Shown here: positions 1-10,330 of the stretch, in pieces | How positions within the stretch are numbered: position 1 is the first letter of the stretch | How the letters are laid out: every line of letters begins with the position of its first letter | From: Geosiphon pyriformis uo1 | Lineage: Eukaryota > Fungi > Glomeromycota | Reading direction: 5' to 3' | Assembly (NCBI GenBank): GCA_016748015.1 | Contig: JAAOMT010000309.1 | Span: forward strand, 186,001-250,000 | DNA: 64,000 nucleotides | Translations under genes and position numbers: made by a program | Notes under the pieces: generated by a model | Databases searched by the model: none | What the model saw: the letters and a program-made list of their open reading frames with translations, nothing else | Told to the model about the DNA's origin: nothing

Positions 1-1927
1 GTTTCTTAAATGCTAGTAGTGTTCTTGGTCGTTTGTTCAATCATAGGTCTCTGGATCTTCAGATTCTGGGTTGGTTACCTATTCACCCTTTATGTTGTCT
101 GATTAGATTGCATATCAGTCTGGTCAATAATTTTTTGGCAGATATTATTAGAATTTTTTTGAACTATGACATGTCCCTTGACAATCTCTCTGTTTCTGCA
201 TTCGGCTTTCTTGGTAGGACATTGATATTTACTTTTATAATGTTTCTTCTTCTCTCAAAAAGTTTGGAATTGCTTTTGCCGAGCAGTTATATATTAAAAA
301 AGATTTGATTTTTGATTGGAAAACCTTCTATCATTGGAAGAAACTTGATCCAAGGGGCCCTGTCTCTCGTTGGTTCATTTTGGTTTGTGACTTTTTGGTT
401 TGATCTTCTCTTTCTGATAATTTGCATGTTAAAGGTTTGTGGGCTATGAATGTTTGCAGCTCAAGTACAGTTTCCAGATTGGGCCAGTATTTTTCTTCTG
501 CAAATATGAAAGTTGTTAATGTTTATACTGATGGATTGTTAAGGGATTTGGGTTTATGTGAAATGAAGTGTGATGCTGCTGCTTACTTCTTAGATTTGGA
601 TTTGGGTATTGGTGTTAAGGTTGGTGGATTGGTGTTTTTGACTATGGTAGAACTGCAGACAATTGCTTTGGCTTTGGAGTGTGTTCTCTCTGACAGTTTA
701 GTAGTGGTTTATTCAGACAATCAGACTGCCTTAGATGCATATGTGGCTGAATCTGCTCTGGTGTCTCTGGATTTCTGCAACTACTGCTAGATGGAGTGAC
801 ATAGTATTGTCAATTTAATTAGAGGAAAGCAGCTTGATGTTTCTTGACATAAGATAAAAAAACATTTGGGTGTTATAGGTAATAAGCGTGCTGATGAGTT
901 AGCCAGGTCTGGCAATGAACTCTTCTTTGGCACTTCCTGTTTTGGTTAAGAAGAAATTTATCAAGGCTGGCAGAGTGGCAGTGTCTAAGAACATTCATCA
1001 TTTTGCCCATGAGATTTTCAGGTCTATTAATTATGCTTGTTGGGAAATTGGTTCTGGTTTCAATGTTATTGATGATAGTTTATGTGATAATGTGAACTGG
1101 TTTCATACTGCTTTGGTATAGTACCCTGACTCCCATATGGCAACTGGCTTTACTAGTAAATCTATGGCTGGTTTGTGCTCTTATTTTTTAAAGACCTTCC
1201 ACTGCCATCTCCTGATTGCTGTACGGAAGCATTTGTATAGTAAGATCTACCTGAGTGTTTCGTGTTTGCACTGTGGTAAAGTGGAAAGTTCTGACCACTC
1301 CTTTGTTTGTATATTTGACTCTAATGCTCATAAAAGCATTCTCAAGTCTTATTTGGCCAAGTAGCATTGTGTTTTTGAACTGGGCTTACAATTATCTCAT
1401 GTCTTATAAATGCTCTCTCTGTGTATAATTGATGATGTGTTGTATACTACTGTAAGCAAAGGCTTTGTGTTCAGAGATTGGGTTCAAGAAGTTTTGTCTA
1501 TTCTGGGTGATGCCAAGGTTGCAGGAAAATTTATTGTTAATTTTGTTTGAGAATTGGGTGCTGCTCACTACATGGATATTTGGTTGGTTAGGGCTTTGAT
1601 AAAAAAAGACAGTTTGATTCTACTTAATAATTCTGTGTATTCTGTGCCTTATAATTTGTCATGTATGTTTTCTGCTGAAGTGATTAGGTTGCTTGGGATT
1701 GCTGAGGCAGTTGGTGTCTGCTTTGGTTTTCATAAACATTGCTGTTTTTTTTCTGGTATAGATGATATGGTTTCTGTTCTGATAGATTCATAGTGTTGCT
1801 CTGATTGGTTTGAGTGGTTGGTCATATGTAGAAAGTATATAATTAGCACTTAGTTTAGATCACTTAGTTTAATATATTGCACTAAGTGACTTTTGGGCTT
1901 TACTTGTTAAAAGTTAATAAAAAAAAA
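1..1927 (+). mobile_element. LINE family A, copy 1: 3' part (RT C-terminus, RNase H, C-terminal Zn motif, 3' UTR, poly(A)); disrupted by stops
   Basis: VYTDGLL..ELQTIALAL..SDNQ RNase H motifs (422-790); CLHCGKVESSDHSFVC; stop at 1793; ends GTTAATAAAAAAAAA followed by ATTTGTTAC (1928-1936), matching the copy at 44276-51000. Confidence 0.93.
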
Positions 1928-1936
1928 ATTTGTTAC

Positions 1937-2547
1937 TTTATAATTTTAAATTTTTCAACCAAAATTAAGCAAAAAAAAGTAATATTAATAGTAATTTTTA
2001 GCAAATTATTCAAGTATTGTTTCTTAAATTTGCAAATTTTGGCTTAAATATTCAAAAATCTGTTTAGTTTTTTATAAAACTACATATTAATTTTGTGAAT
2101 AATTTTCTAATTAATATGATTAAAATTTTTTTAAAATGTAATATGTCTTTTAAAAACAGTTTATATAATATATATTTAATTTATTAATAATATTTTTATA
2201 TTTAAAATTTTAAAAAAAAATTTAAAATAGTATATATTAATTATTTGTTAATAAATACAGCTATTATTTTAATTAAAAAATTTTTTGTCATTAAAAAAAA
2301 TTAAATTTAAAGAATTTAATATTTTAATATTTAGTTTAACAATTAATTTTATTAATAATAGATATTTTTATAAAAATATTAATTTTAAATTGTTTTATAT
2401 TTTTTTAAAAAATATATAAATTTATTGTTATATATAATAGTTTTTATAAAGTAATTTTTTTATAATGGCTTAATTTTAAGTAATTATTTTGGTTTTAAAA
2501 TATATTTTATTATTTAATAAAATAATTATGTATTTATTAATATTTTT
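1937..2547 (+). pseudogene. Hypermutated LINE ORF2 fossil (family E), region downstream of RT
   Basis: ATTTTTAGCAAATTATTCAAGTATTGTTTCTTAAATTTGCAAATTTTGGCTTAA reads as an eroded ILGRLFxHRSLDLQILxW once G>A/C>T changes are allowed. Confidence 0.6.
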
Positions 2548-2567
2548 NNNNNNNNNNNNNNNNNNNN

Positions 2568-3081
2568 TCCAAATTAATGGCATCAGCATTGAAACTGACA
2601 TAGAAGTATCTGAAACAAAAGAATACACCATAATAGTTGATAATGAATGGTTTAAGAAAGCAAAAGTTTTGCTTAATTATAAACTCTGTGAACTAATCAT
2701 TATATGTGGTAAGAAACCCATTGTTGTTAAGTGCCATTATTGGACAACCCCTCCAGTATTCAAGCAGGATCAAAAAAAAAAACAATCAGATAAATCAGAT
2801 GATAATGAAAGCAATAAAGAAAAAAATCAAAAAGAACAAAAAGAAACTGCTAAACTTATTTATACTATCTTCACCAGCAACAGCAAGCCACTGAACAATA
2901 TTAAAGCTGACAAAGAAGAAATCATGGTAAATAGCAAGCTAATCTGCTGATCCTATTATAATATTCTCAGAAGAATCTTTAATGGAAAGTTTGGTAAGAA
3001 AGCCAAATACAGTTATTGGTGGCATGGTTCTTGTGCTAGATGCTGGTACAATAAATCTTTGTATTCTCCTAGTGATAAATG
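2568..3081 (+). mobile_element. Gypsy family 2 pol fragment (aspartic protease C-terminal half and following region), bounded by gaps
   Basis: QINGISIETDIEVSETKEYTIIVDNEWFKKAKVLLNY aligns to family 1 EINGI..KVLVIEATQY.ALV.NDWLSKANATFDW (~15000-15120). Confidence 0.7.
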
Positions 3082-3698
3082 NNNNNNNNNNNNNNNNNNN
3101 NTAATAATGCCAAATTTGTAATATTAAAACTAATTAATTTTATATATAACTTGTTTATTAATTATTATAATAAAATATAAATATATAAATTTAAATAAAA
3201 ATTTATTTATATAAATGTAATTTGGTTAATAAAAATAGTTTTGTTAATTTATTAGTTTATAATTTGTTGTTAATTTTATTTAATAATATAATATATTTAT
3301 TTAATATTTTTAAAATATATATTATATTTGTTTTTTTTAATTTAGATTGTAATATATTAATATATATAAATATATAATATAGTTTTAATTGGTTTAAATA
3401 ATTAATTTAAAATTTTTAATTTATTATATTATATTAAATAGCAAATAAATTATATTTATTAAATAAAAATAAAATAAAAACATAAAAATTTAATATTAAT
3501 AATAAAAACAGTTTGTTCTTGAAGTAATTAAAAAAAATTAAAAAAAATATTTTGCTTTAAATATTAATTTTTTAGCTGTTAAAAGAAAAAATGTCATAGA
3601 TAATTAAAAAGTTATTTTTAACTGTGTATAGTTTTAGAAAAGTTATTACTTTTTGAAAATTTCAAGAAATTATTATTGNNNNNNNNNNNNNNNNNNNN

Positions 3699-3919
3699 AT
3701 TATACAATTAGATGTTCCAAAAGTTTTGATCATTGCAAGAAGAGCCAAAATTTTTATACAAAGATTTGGTCTTTTAAATATAAAGCTCATTTCATCTTAA
3801 GTTCTATACACTATATCTACAAAAGACTTTAACAGACTAATTAGTTTTGAATTAGATAAAACTCTTCAAATAGATTACCCTATAAATAACTTGATTTTAC
3901 CAGAGCTCAATCTCTTTGA
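3699..3919 (+). pseudogene. Gypsy family 2 ORF3 remnant, followed by a PPT (3918-3928)
   Basis: After one frameshift it ends DFTRAQSL*, matching family 1 ORF3 GFAGAQF*; followed by GAAGAAGATAA and the LTR start. Confidence 0.6.
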
Positions 3920-3928
3920 AGAAGATAA

Positions 3929-4668
3929 TATTACAGTTAAAACTTATACTTTTTATTAATTATCACATGTATTAATTACTGATGTCATATAAATAAGCCA
4001 TTCTATTTTTAGAAAGTAATCATTGACTTAATCAATAACCTGATCATTGACCTAATCATTAACCTGATCATTGACCTGATCAATGACCTAATTATTAACC
4101 TGATCATTGATCTATTCATTGACTTGATTATTGACCACTTTTAATAACTATATAAAGTGATGAATCTCTTAGCTATAGAAAAGCATGAAAAAATCAAGGA
4201 AATAAAATAAATAAAATAATACTTTTCATCTCAATCATTCTCTTATTGCTAATTTCTCTTTCCCTACCTTCAAGTATTCAAACATCTTGGAATAAAAAAT
4301 TACTTGTTAGTATTTTTCTACCTTTTTCTTGAAACGTATAAGTGTAGTATTTAAAGATTATTGAATAATATATGACTAAAAAGCACATTTGATACTTGAT
4401 ATTGAATTCTAAGAACACTAATATAAGGCATAAAATTATACCAAGCATGATTATTTGTTGACAGTATGGACTATTCCTCTACCTTCAGATTCTTGGTTTA
4501 TCTTTTGAAAAGAATAGCAACTGAAATATTTTATGAGACTAATCTCGTACATTAAATTTATACTTATTTAATTCACTCTTTGAAGTTAAATTCTATTTGA
4601 TTATTTCCATCACTCTACAATTCTGTTCTCCCTTGCTATCCATTAGCTTATTACTCCAATCCATAACA
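3929..4668 (+). mobile_element. 3' LTR of Gypsy family 2 (740 bp)
   Basis: Starts TATTAC (eroded TGTTAC) right after a purine tract ending GATAA and ends TAACA; the flank ATAATATGTTTTTAG occurs uninterrupted at ~34531 and ~43455. Confidence 0.75.
4018..4137 (+). repeat. 12-bp tandem repeat, about 10 units, consensus ATCATTGACCTG, in U3 of the family 2 LTR
   Basis: Read directly from sequence. Confidence 0.9.
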
Positions 4669-5755
4669 ATAATATGTTTTTAGCAAGATTATGTTAAGTA
4701 TTAATTATAAAAAATTGTATAGTATAATTAAAAATTTGCCAAATAGCAAAACTATTAAATTGTTTAATTAAAACTGTTAAAAAATTTTTTTATGATATTG
4801 TTTAATTATTTTTTGGCTGTTTACAGCAAATTTAATATTTTTTAAGTAAAAAATTTTTTGGTTTTAAAAAATATTTTAACTTAATTTTTGATTTTTACAA
4901 TTGGTTTAATAATAATAAAACATTAAAAAATTTAAAAACTTTAATTGGTTTATAAGATATGTTAAATTTTTTGAAAATTTTACAATAATTATGTAAATAA
5001 AATAATAACAAATTTTAATTTAATTAATAATTATATAATAAATAATAGTTTAGATTAAGATAAAATTTTTTTTTTAGTTTTTAAAAAAAATTTTATGATT
5101 TTTCTTTGTTTAAAGTAAAAAAACATAAATACTTATGTAATTATAAAATAAACTTTAAGTTTATTATTAAAACTGATAAAATTTAGTTTGATTTTATACT
5201 TAATAATTAAATATTTATAAAAATTAAAAATAATAAAATTATTATTTAATATATTTTAAATATTACAAGTAAATTTTTANNNNNNNNNNNNNNNNNNNNA
5301 TTAATATTTTTTGATTTTTAATATTAATATTGACTTAAAAAATAATATATATTAAATATAATATTAAAAAATAACTATTTAATTATTTAATCAAAAATTA
5401 AGAGCCATTTTAGTGTTTTTATTAATATATATTTTAACAAATTTACTAGTATAATTATGTTTTTTAGTTTTTGTTTTAGTTTTAAAATAATATATTAAGA
5501 TTAATAATATGACTGTTTTTAAAAATACTAAGTATTTTGTTTGTAATACTTATAATTTTATTTGTTATATTTGATAAAAAATTAAATTTAAAACTATTAT
5601 TATTAATAATATTATATTAAAAAAAATTAATTAATTACAAATTTCAATAATATGATATTTTAATTTGTATATAATAATAATTTTATAAATAAATATATAT
5701 TTAAATTATATATATACATAATAAAAACAATTTATAAAAAAAATTATACAATAAA
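4669..5755 (+). pseudogene. Hypermutated LINE ORF2 fossil (family E): RT segment, then RNase H-end segment after the gap
   Basis: TTAAAAATTTGCCAAATAGCAAAACT ~ KDLPDGKAA; TTTACAATTGGTTTA...TAAGATATG ~ FAIGS..QDM; AGAGCCATTTTAGTGTT ~ KGHSGV. Confidence 0.65.
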
Positions 5756-5779
5756 TTTTAAAAAATTGCTAAATTAACA

Positions 5780-6566
5780 TTTTTTTTATTATTAAAGTTT
5801 TAATAAATATGACCCAACCATTAATTAAAAATTAAGACCAAACTAAATAATTCAGAACTAAATATAGTTCACGTGCTTTCTATATATAATCAGCTATTTA
5901 AACCAGTTTAGACTATACTACATTTGATATACCAAAAGAAAACTTACTCAAAGATGACATTCTTTAAACAATCTTAAACAATAAAGCACTATTAAGAATC
6001 AAATCTACCAACCAATTAGCTGTCTTAAAAACATCTGATTTAACATCAATTGATTCATGTTCTTAAAGTAATATTAAGTTAAAAAACATGTTATCATCAA
6101 AATTAAACAGATCCATATAAGAACCAGTTATATTAACATTATTAAAACCACACTTATCTTTTAGGGCAATTATATTTTGCTTTAACTTATCTACAATCTT
6201 GCTAAAAGTACCTATATGTACCAAAATCTTTTTAAACTTAAGGCCAATATTACTACTTAAAGCCAAATCTCTATTAATAAACTATTTAAATACTTTAATC
6301 ATAGAACCAATTGGTTTAACAATAGAATTGACCAAAGTAATAAGTTTGATCAAATCAAATTTTAATAATATTAACTGAAAAAAGACCATAGAATTATCAG
6401 ATATAATTTTAGTAGGAACAGTTAAATCATTTAAAGTACTAAAAACTAAAGAAAGCACAGAAGTAACAGCTTTAGCATAAAACTTGTTACTAATACCATA
6501 AAAAGTAAATATCTTAAAAGCTTTAAAAGAAAGAGGTGAAGACATCTTATAATCCAAAGCCAGATA
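5780..6566 (-). mobile_element. ORF1-only (HAL1-like) retroposon, 3' part with poly(A)
   Basis: Near-identical to 51795-52580; poly(T) at 5780-5787; ORF C-terminus LVNSIVKPIGSMIKVFKQ. Confidence 0.8.
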
Positions 6567-6586
6567 NNNNNNNNNNNNNNNNNNNN

Positions 6587-7608
6587 TATTTTTCTGTAAT
6601 ACATGTATGGAAGTCATACAAGTTAAAAAAAACTTCCTAAAAATGAACAGGTTGACCACAAATTTTTAACAAATATGCATATAAACAACTCAAATATTCA
6701 ATATTAGAGAATAAAAAAACTTACTACCAAACTCTTTCTCAAATACAATTGAATTTTATTAAAGATACCAACAAATCTATTTCTATATAAACTATTCGAA
6801 ATGAATTAGCTTAAGAAAGACTTTGTTTATGTATTTCTCATCTCAAGTTATTAATTTCCAAATTAAATAAAGAAAAACATTTACAATGAGCTCATACTTA
6901 TGAAAATTAGACAATAGAAAATTTTAAACAAGTTGTTTGGTCAAATGAATCTACATATACACAAATTAGGATTACAGAATTTAAACATATATAGTGTAAA
7001 TCTTCTGAAGAGTTTCATAAAAATTGTATTGCAGCCACAGTTAGAAAAAGCTTTAGTTGCATGTTTTGGGGATGTTTTTTATAAGTTGGTTTGAACTCTT
7101 TAGTTCCTTTGATTGGTCATATTACTGGAGTTATATATCACGAAATCTTGGCTAATTATGCAATTCCTATGGTAAAACTTTATGCAAAAAAAACTAAAAA
7201 AAAGTTTTTTTTTCAGAAAGACAATGCACCAATCTATACATTAAAAGTTACACATTCTTTTCTTACTTCTTCAAATGTTGAATTACTTCCTTGGTCAGCA
7301 CAAAGTCCTGATATTCCAATAGAAAATTTTTGGTCATATATTAAAGTTAAAATTTGTCAATGTAATTCACAACTCTCAAATATTGTACAATTGGAACAGT
7401 AAGTTAAGGAAGAATAGAATGCAATATCTGTAAATTACTATTGTAATTTGATCAAGTCTATATCACATTGAGTTCAAGCTATTCTTAAAGCAAATAAGGG
7501 TCAAACAAAATACTAACATGTATTTTAATATAATAATAAAAAATTAACAATTCATAAGTTAGTTTTTTTATATAACATATTATAAAAGTGTCTAATACTT
7601 TTTATACT
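6587..7608 (+). mobile_element. Tc1/mariner family 1 (DD34E) transposase pseudogene and partial right TIR
   Basis: VVWSNES, MFWGCF, QKDNAPIY, WSAQSPD.PIENFW, GQTKY* (stop 7516); TIR-like GTGTCTAATACTTTTTATACT is truncated at 7608. Confidence 0.88.
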
Positions 7609-8443
7609 TTAATGTTGTTGTCAATCTATAAATTTGCAAATTAGCAAACAATTGATGTCAAGTATTTGCTTTTCCAATAATAATATTATTGTAAAAACAG
7701 ACCATGCTAATAATATTCTTTATATTATCTTCATTTTGCTTTTTTTTAGAAGCCTTAGGTCTTGCTTTTTCACCACAAATCAGAAGATAATTTGTAATAT
7801 TGTTTATATAGCCTATTCTATTTGCACAAATACATAATTTTTCTGTTTGTAAATGAATTTCACCACTATGAAAATCATATAAACACATTGATTATTATGA
7901 CCAAAAATGCTTTTTACAATATTAAAAATTAAATCAGTAAAACTACTAAATATAGTTTTTTCTCCCAAATATCCAAAGTGCTATATTGATCATTGGANNN
8001 NNNNNNNNNNNNNNNNNAGGCTATGATAAAGTTTGCTGAATTGGATCAAGTTTTTATATCTAAAATGGGTGAAGAGAAACATTTTAAAAAAACAGTATAT
8101 TTATGTTATGTATCTTTGTTGCTTTATTTTTACTTGTATTATTTTGACAAACTATTCATTATTAACATGTCAAACTTTTTTTGGAAAGTTTTCTTAATGC
8201 TATATGTTCTGCTACTGTCATTTATCTAAAAAAAAAGAAACAGCTTTATAACCACTATTTCTTGTTAAAGACCTAGCAAAACATGTAGTAAATTCCTTAT
8301 TAACAAAAATAACTGATTTTGAATAAAAAATGAGAGTATTGAAAGTTTTATCACAGGTTAGTACATTCCATATTTAGTCTTTTCTATAATTTACATCTAG
8401 TGATAATTTCACAGCAAATACTACAATATTAGTATATTGCTGG

Positions 8444-9504
8444 TATTACAAATAAACTTGGTGGATATGGGAAATAGTAATGTTTGGTGCTCTCAATTAT
8501 TAATAATGTGTCTTCCGCGTAATTTTGTTGGCTTAGTCTTGATTATCAGAGTTGAAGGTCTATTCCTGAATGTGAATTTTATCCATTGAGTTTTTTGGTT
8601 ATAAGACACAGAGTTTGTCTTTCGTCGATTGCAACGTTTTTCGTAAATGTGAGCTTTCTTCTCTGAACTAATGAGTGCAGTCATTAGAGTCTGGCATTGT
8701 CTTTTCACCCTTTTGGTAAGCTAACAAGATAATGTTAATATCCAAAACTTAGGGGGAGCTTCTCTCTTTTACCAGGCTATCACAAAGTCTATTTCCAGAC
8801 AGTTGATTTTACTATATTGCCGCTCCACAAAAAATAAGACAGAAAAAGAAAAAAAAAAGAAAAAAAAAGAGAGAAAAGATAAATTAGTATCATCAATTGC
8901 CGTGATCAAGAGCAATTGGTCCAAATCGTTAATAAGTTTAAGGCAGTTATGCTAAGAGCATCTGTTCTAGAATGGAGGTACAAGACAAGGGTTAATTCAC
9001 ATAAATTTCACAAAGTTCGAGAACATGAATTCGTGATTCTGATTTCTTTTAATAATTGGTTTATTTTAGGAGATGAAATAGGGAAGATAATAAAAGATGA
9101 AAGGGTATAGATATTTTAATTTCTGGTCTAGAGGTTCGTATCTATTTTTTCTTTTCTGTCTTTTTTCACTTCTACAACTACTTGTTTTTATACATTTTTT
9201 TGGTTTTACAGAATTGCTTTCAATTGTCTCGCTATCGCTAGCTATTGCTTTGTTGTTTCTGTTATTGCTTCGTTTTTCTATGTTATCGCTAGTTATTCTA
9301 TGTTATAACACGTTATCTGACATTATTACATGTTATTCTGTGTTATTCTGCATTATAACACGTTATCCTATGTTATTGCACACTATTCTGTGTTATCTTG
9401 CATTATAATATGTTATCCAACACTATTGCATGTTATTCTGTATTATGTCACGTTTTGGTCATGTTTCTTCATAACTTTGAATCGGTTTTTCTACTCGGGT
9501 AACA
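8444..9504 (-). repeat. 3' LTR of Gypsy family 1
   Basis: Direct repeat of 17534-18624; termini T(A/G)TTAC...GTAACA. Confidence 0.96.
9280..9450. repeat. Degenerate tandem array in U3 (TGTTATAACACGTTATC / TTATTCTGTGTTATC units); also at ~18390-18570 and ~59530-59705
   Basis: Read directly; the 5' LTR carries an extra 20-bp unit at ~18521. Confidence 0.8.
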
Positions 9505-9520
9505 TTATCCCTCTCTTTTT
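9505..9520 (-). promoter_or_regulatory. Polypurine tract (AAAAAGAGAGGGATAA)
   Basis: Purine run abutting the 3' LTR on the element strand. Confidence 0.9.
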
Positions 9521-10250
9521 AAAATTGAGCTCTTACAAAACCATATGTATCTGTTATCGTGGCTTCATTCATGTAATGTTTGATTGTTGCCTCGAGTATT
9601 GTCTTTTGTAGGTCTTTAAACTGTTGATTGGTTATTCGTCCTATGCTGTTAACCATTATGGTTTTCATAGATCCGTTCAGTAGTACATTTGGGCAATGTT
9701 GGAAGGCAGCATATAGTCAGTATGCTGCTTTGTAATGTAGGGTCAGGTTGTTTTTCCCTATGAATTTTTCTACTTGTTGTATTGCTTCTTTGTTGAACGT
9801 TTTCTGGCTAAGATCTTCGTATGGTGTTTTCAAGTCAAGTTGTTCTCCAATTTTGTAGAACCAATAAGTTGGAGAAAGTCTTTCTTTCTATTTCTGGGCA
9901 TTGTCAAGTGTTCACTCCCTTGTTTCGAGGAGTTCAGTCCCACAAGCTAAAGCTTCTTTTATTTCTTTGAGCTCAAGGACCAAGTATCTTCTTTTGTAAC
10001 CTTTTTCTCATTCTTTGCCTCCTTTTCTACCCCCCGCCCAAAGGCAATTTTTTCTCTCATATTGCCTTTCGAGTGATGGATAGGGAAGGAAATGTTTAGT
10101 TCTAATTGAACTTTCGTCTTCTTCTCTCCTGCTTTTATCTTTGTACCGTATCTCTTTTTTATCAATTGTTATTTCTATTTGAGATGTCGATTTTTGAATT
10201 GTTTTAAATAATTGTTTAAATAATTTTAAAATTTGATTTGAAAGGTCTAT
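9519..10250 (-). pseudogene. Gypsy ORF3, ~243 aa, unknown function
   Basis: One frame without frameshifts in both copies; internal stops are explained by C>T/G>A changes; ATG is intact in copy 2 (60504). Confidence 0.75.
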
Positions 10251-10330
10251 GTTGAAATTTCTATTGTTTCTTGCTGCTTTTCGGATGCTATATATATTTG
10301 AATTCTCTAATTTAATTTGCTATTTATTGT

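Noticed and set aside
4018-4137. Tandem repeats as a CRISPR array or telomere
   Set aside because: No unique spacers, no cas genes, not a G-rich telomeric unit; lies inside an LTR
9097-9611. Hydrophobic plus-strand ORFs (also 18197-18508 and 59351-59865) as env or membrane proteins
   Set aside because: They are antisense to the element and lie mostly in the T-rich, tandemly repeated U3 of the LTR; the hydrophobicity is compositional
9959-10165. 68-aa basic ORF listed in the ORF track
   Set aside because: It is an alternative frame overlapping the longer ORF3 frame, with several stops upstream
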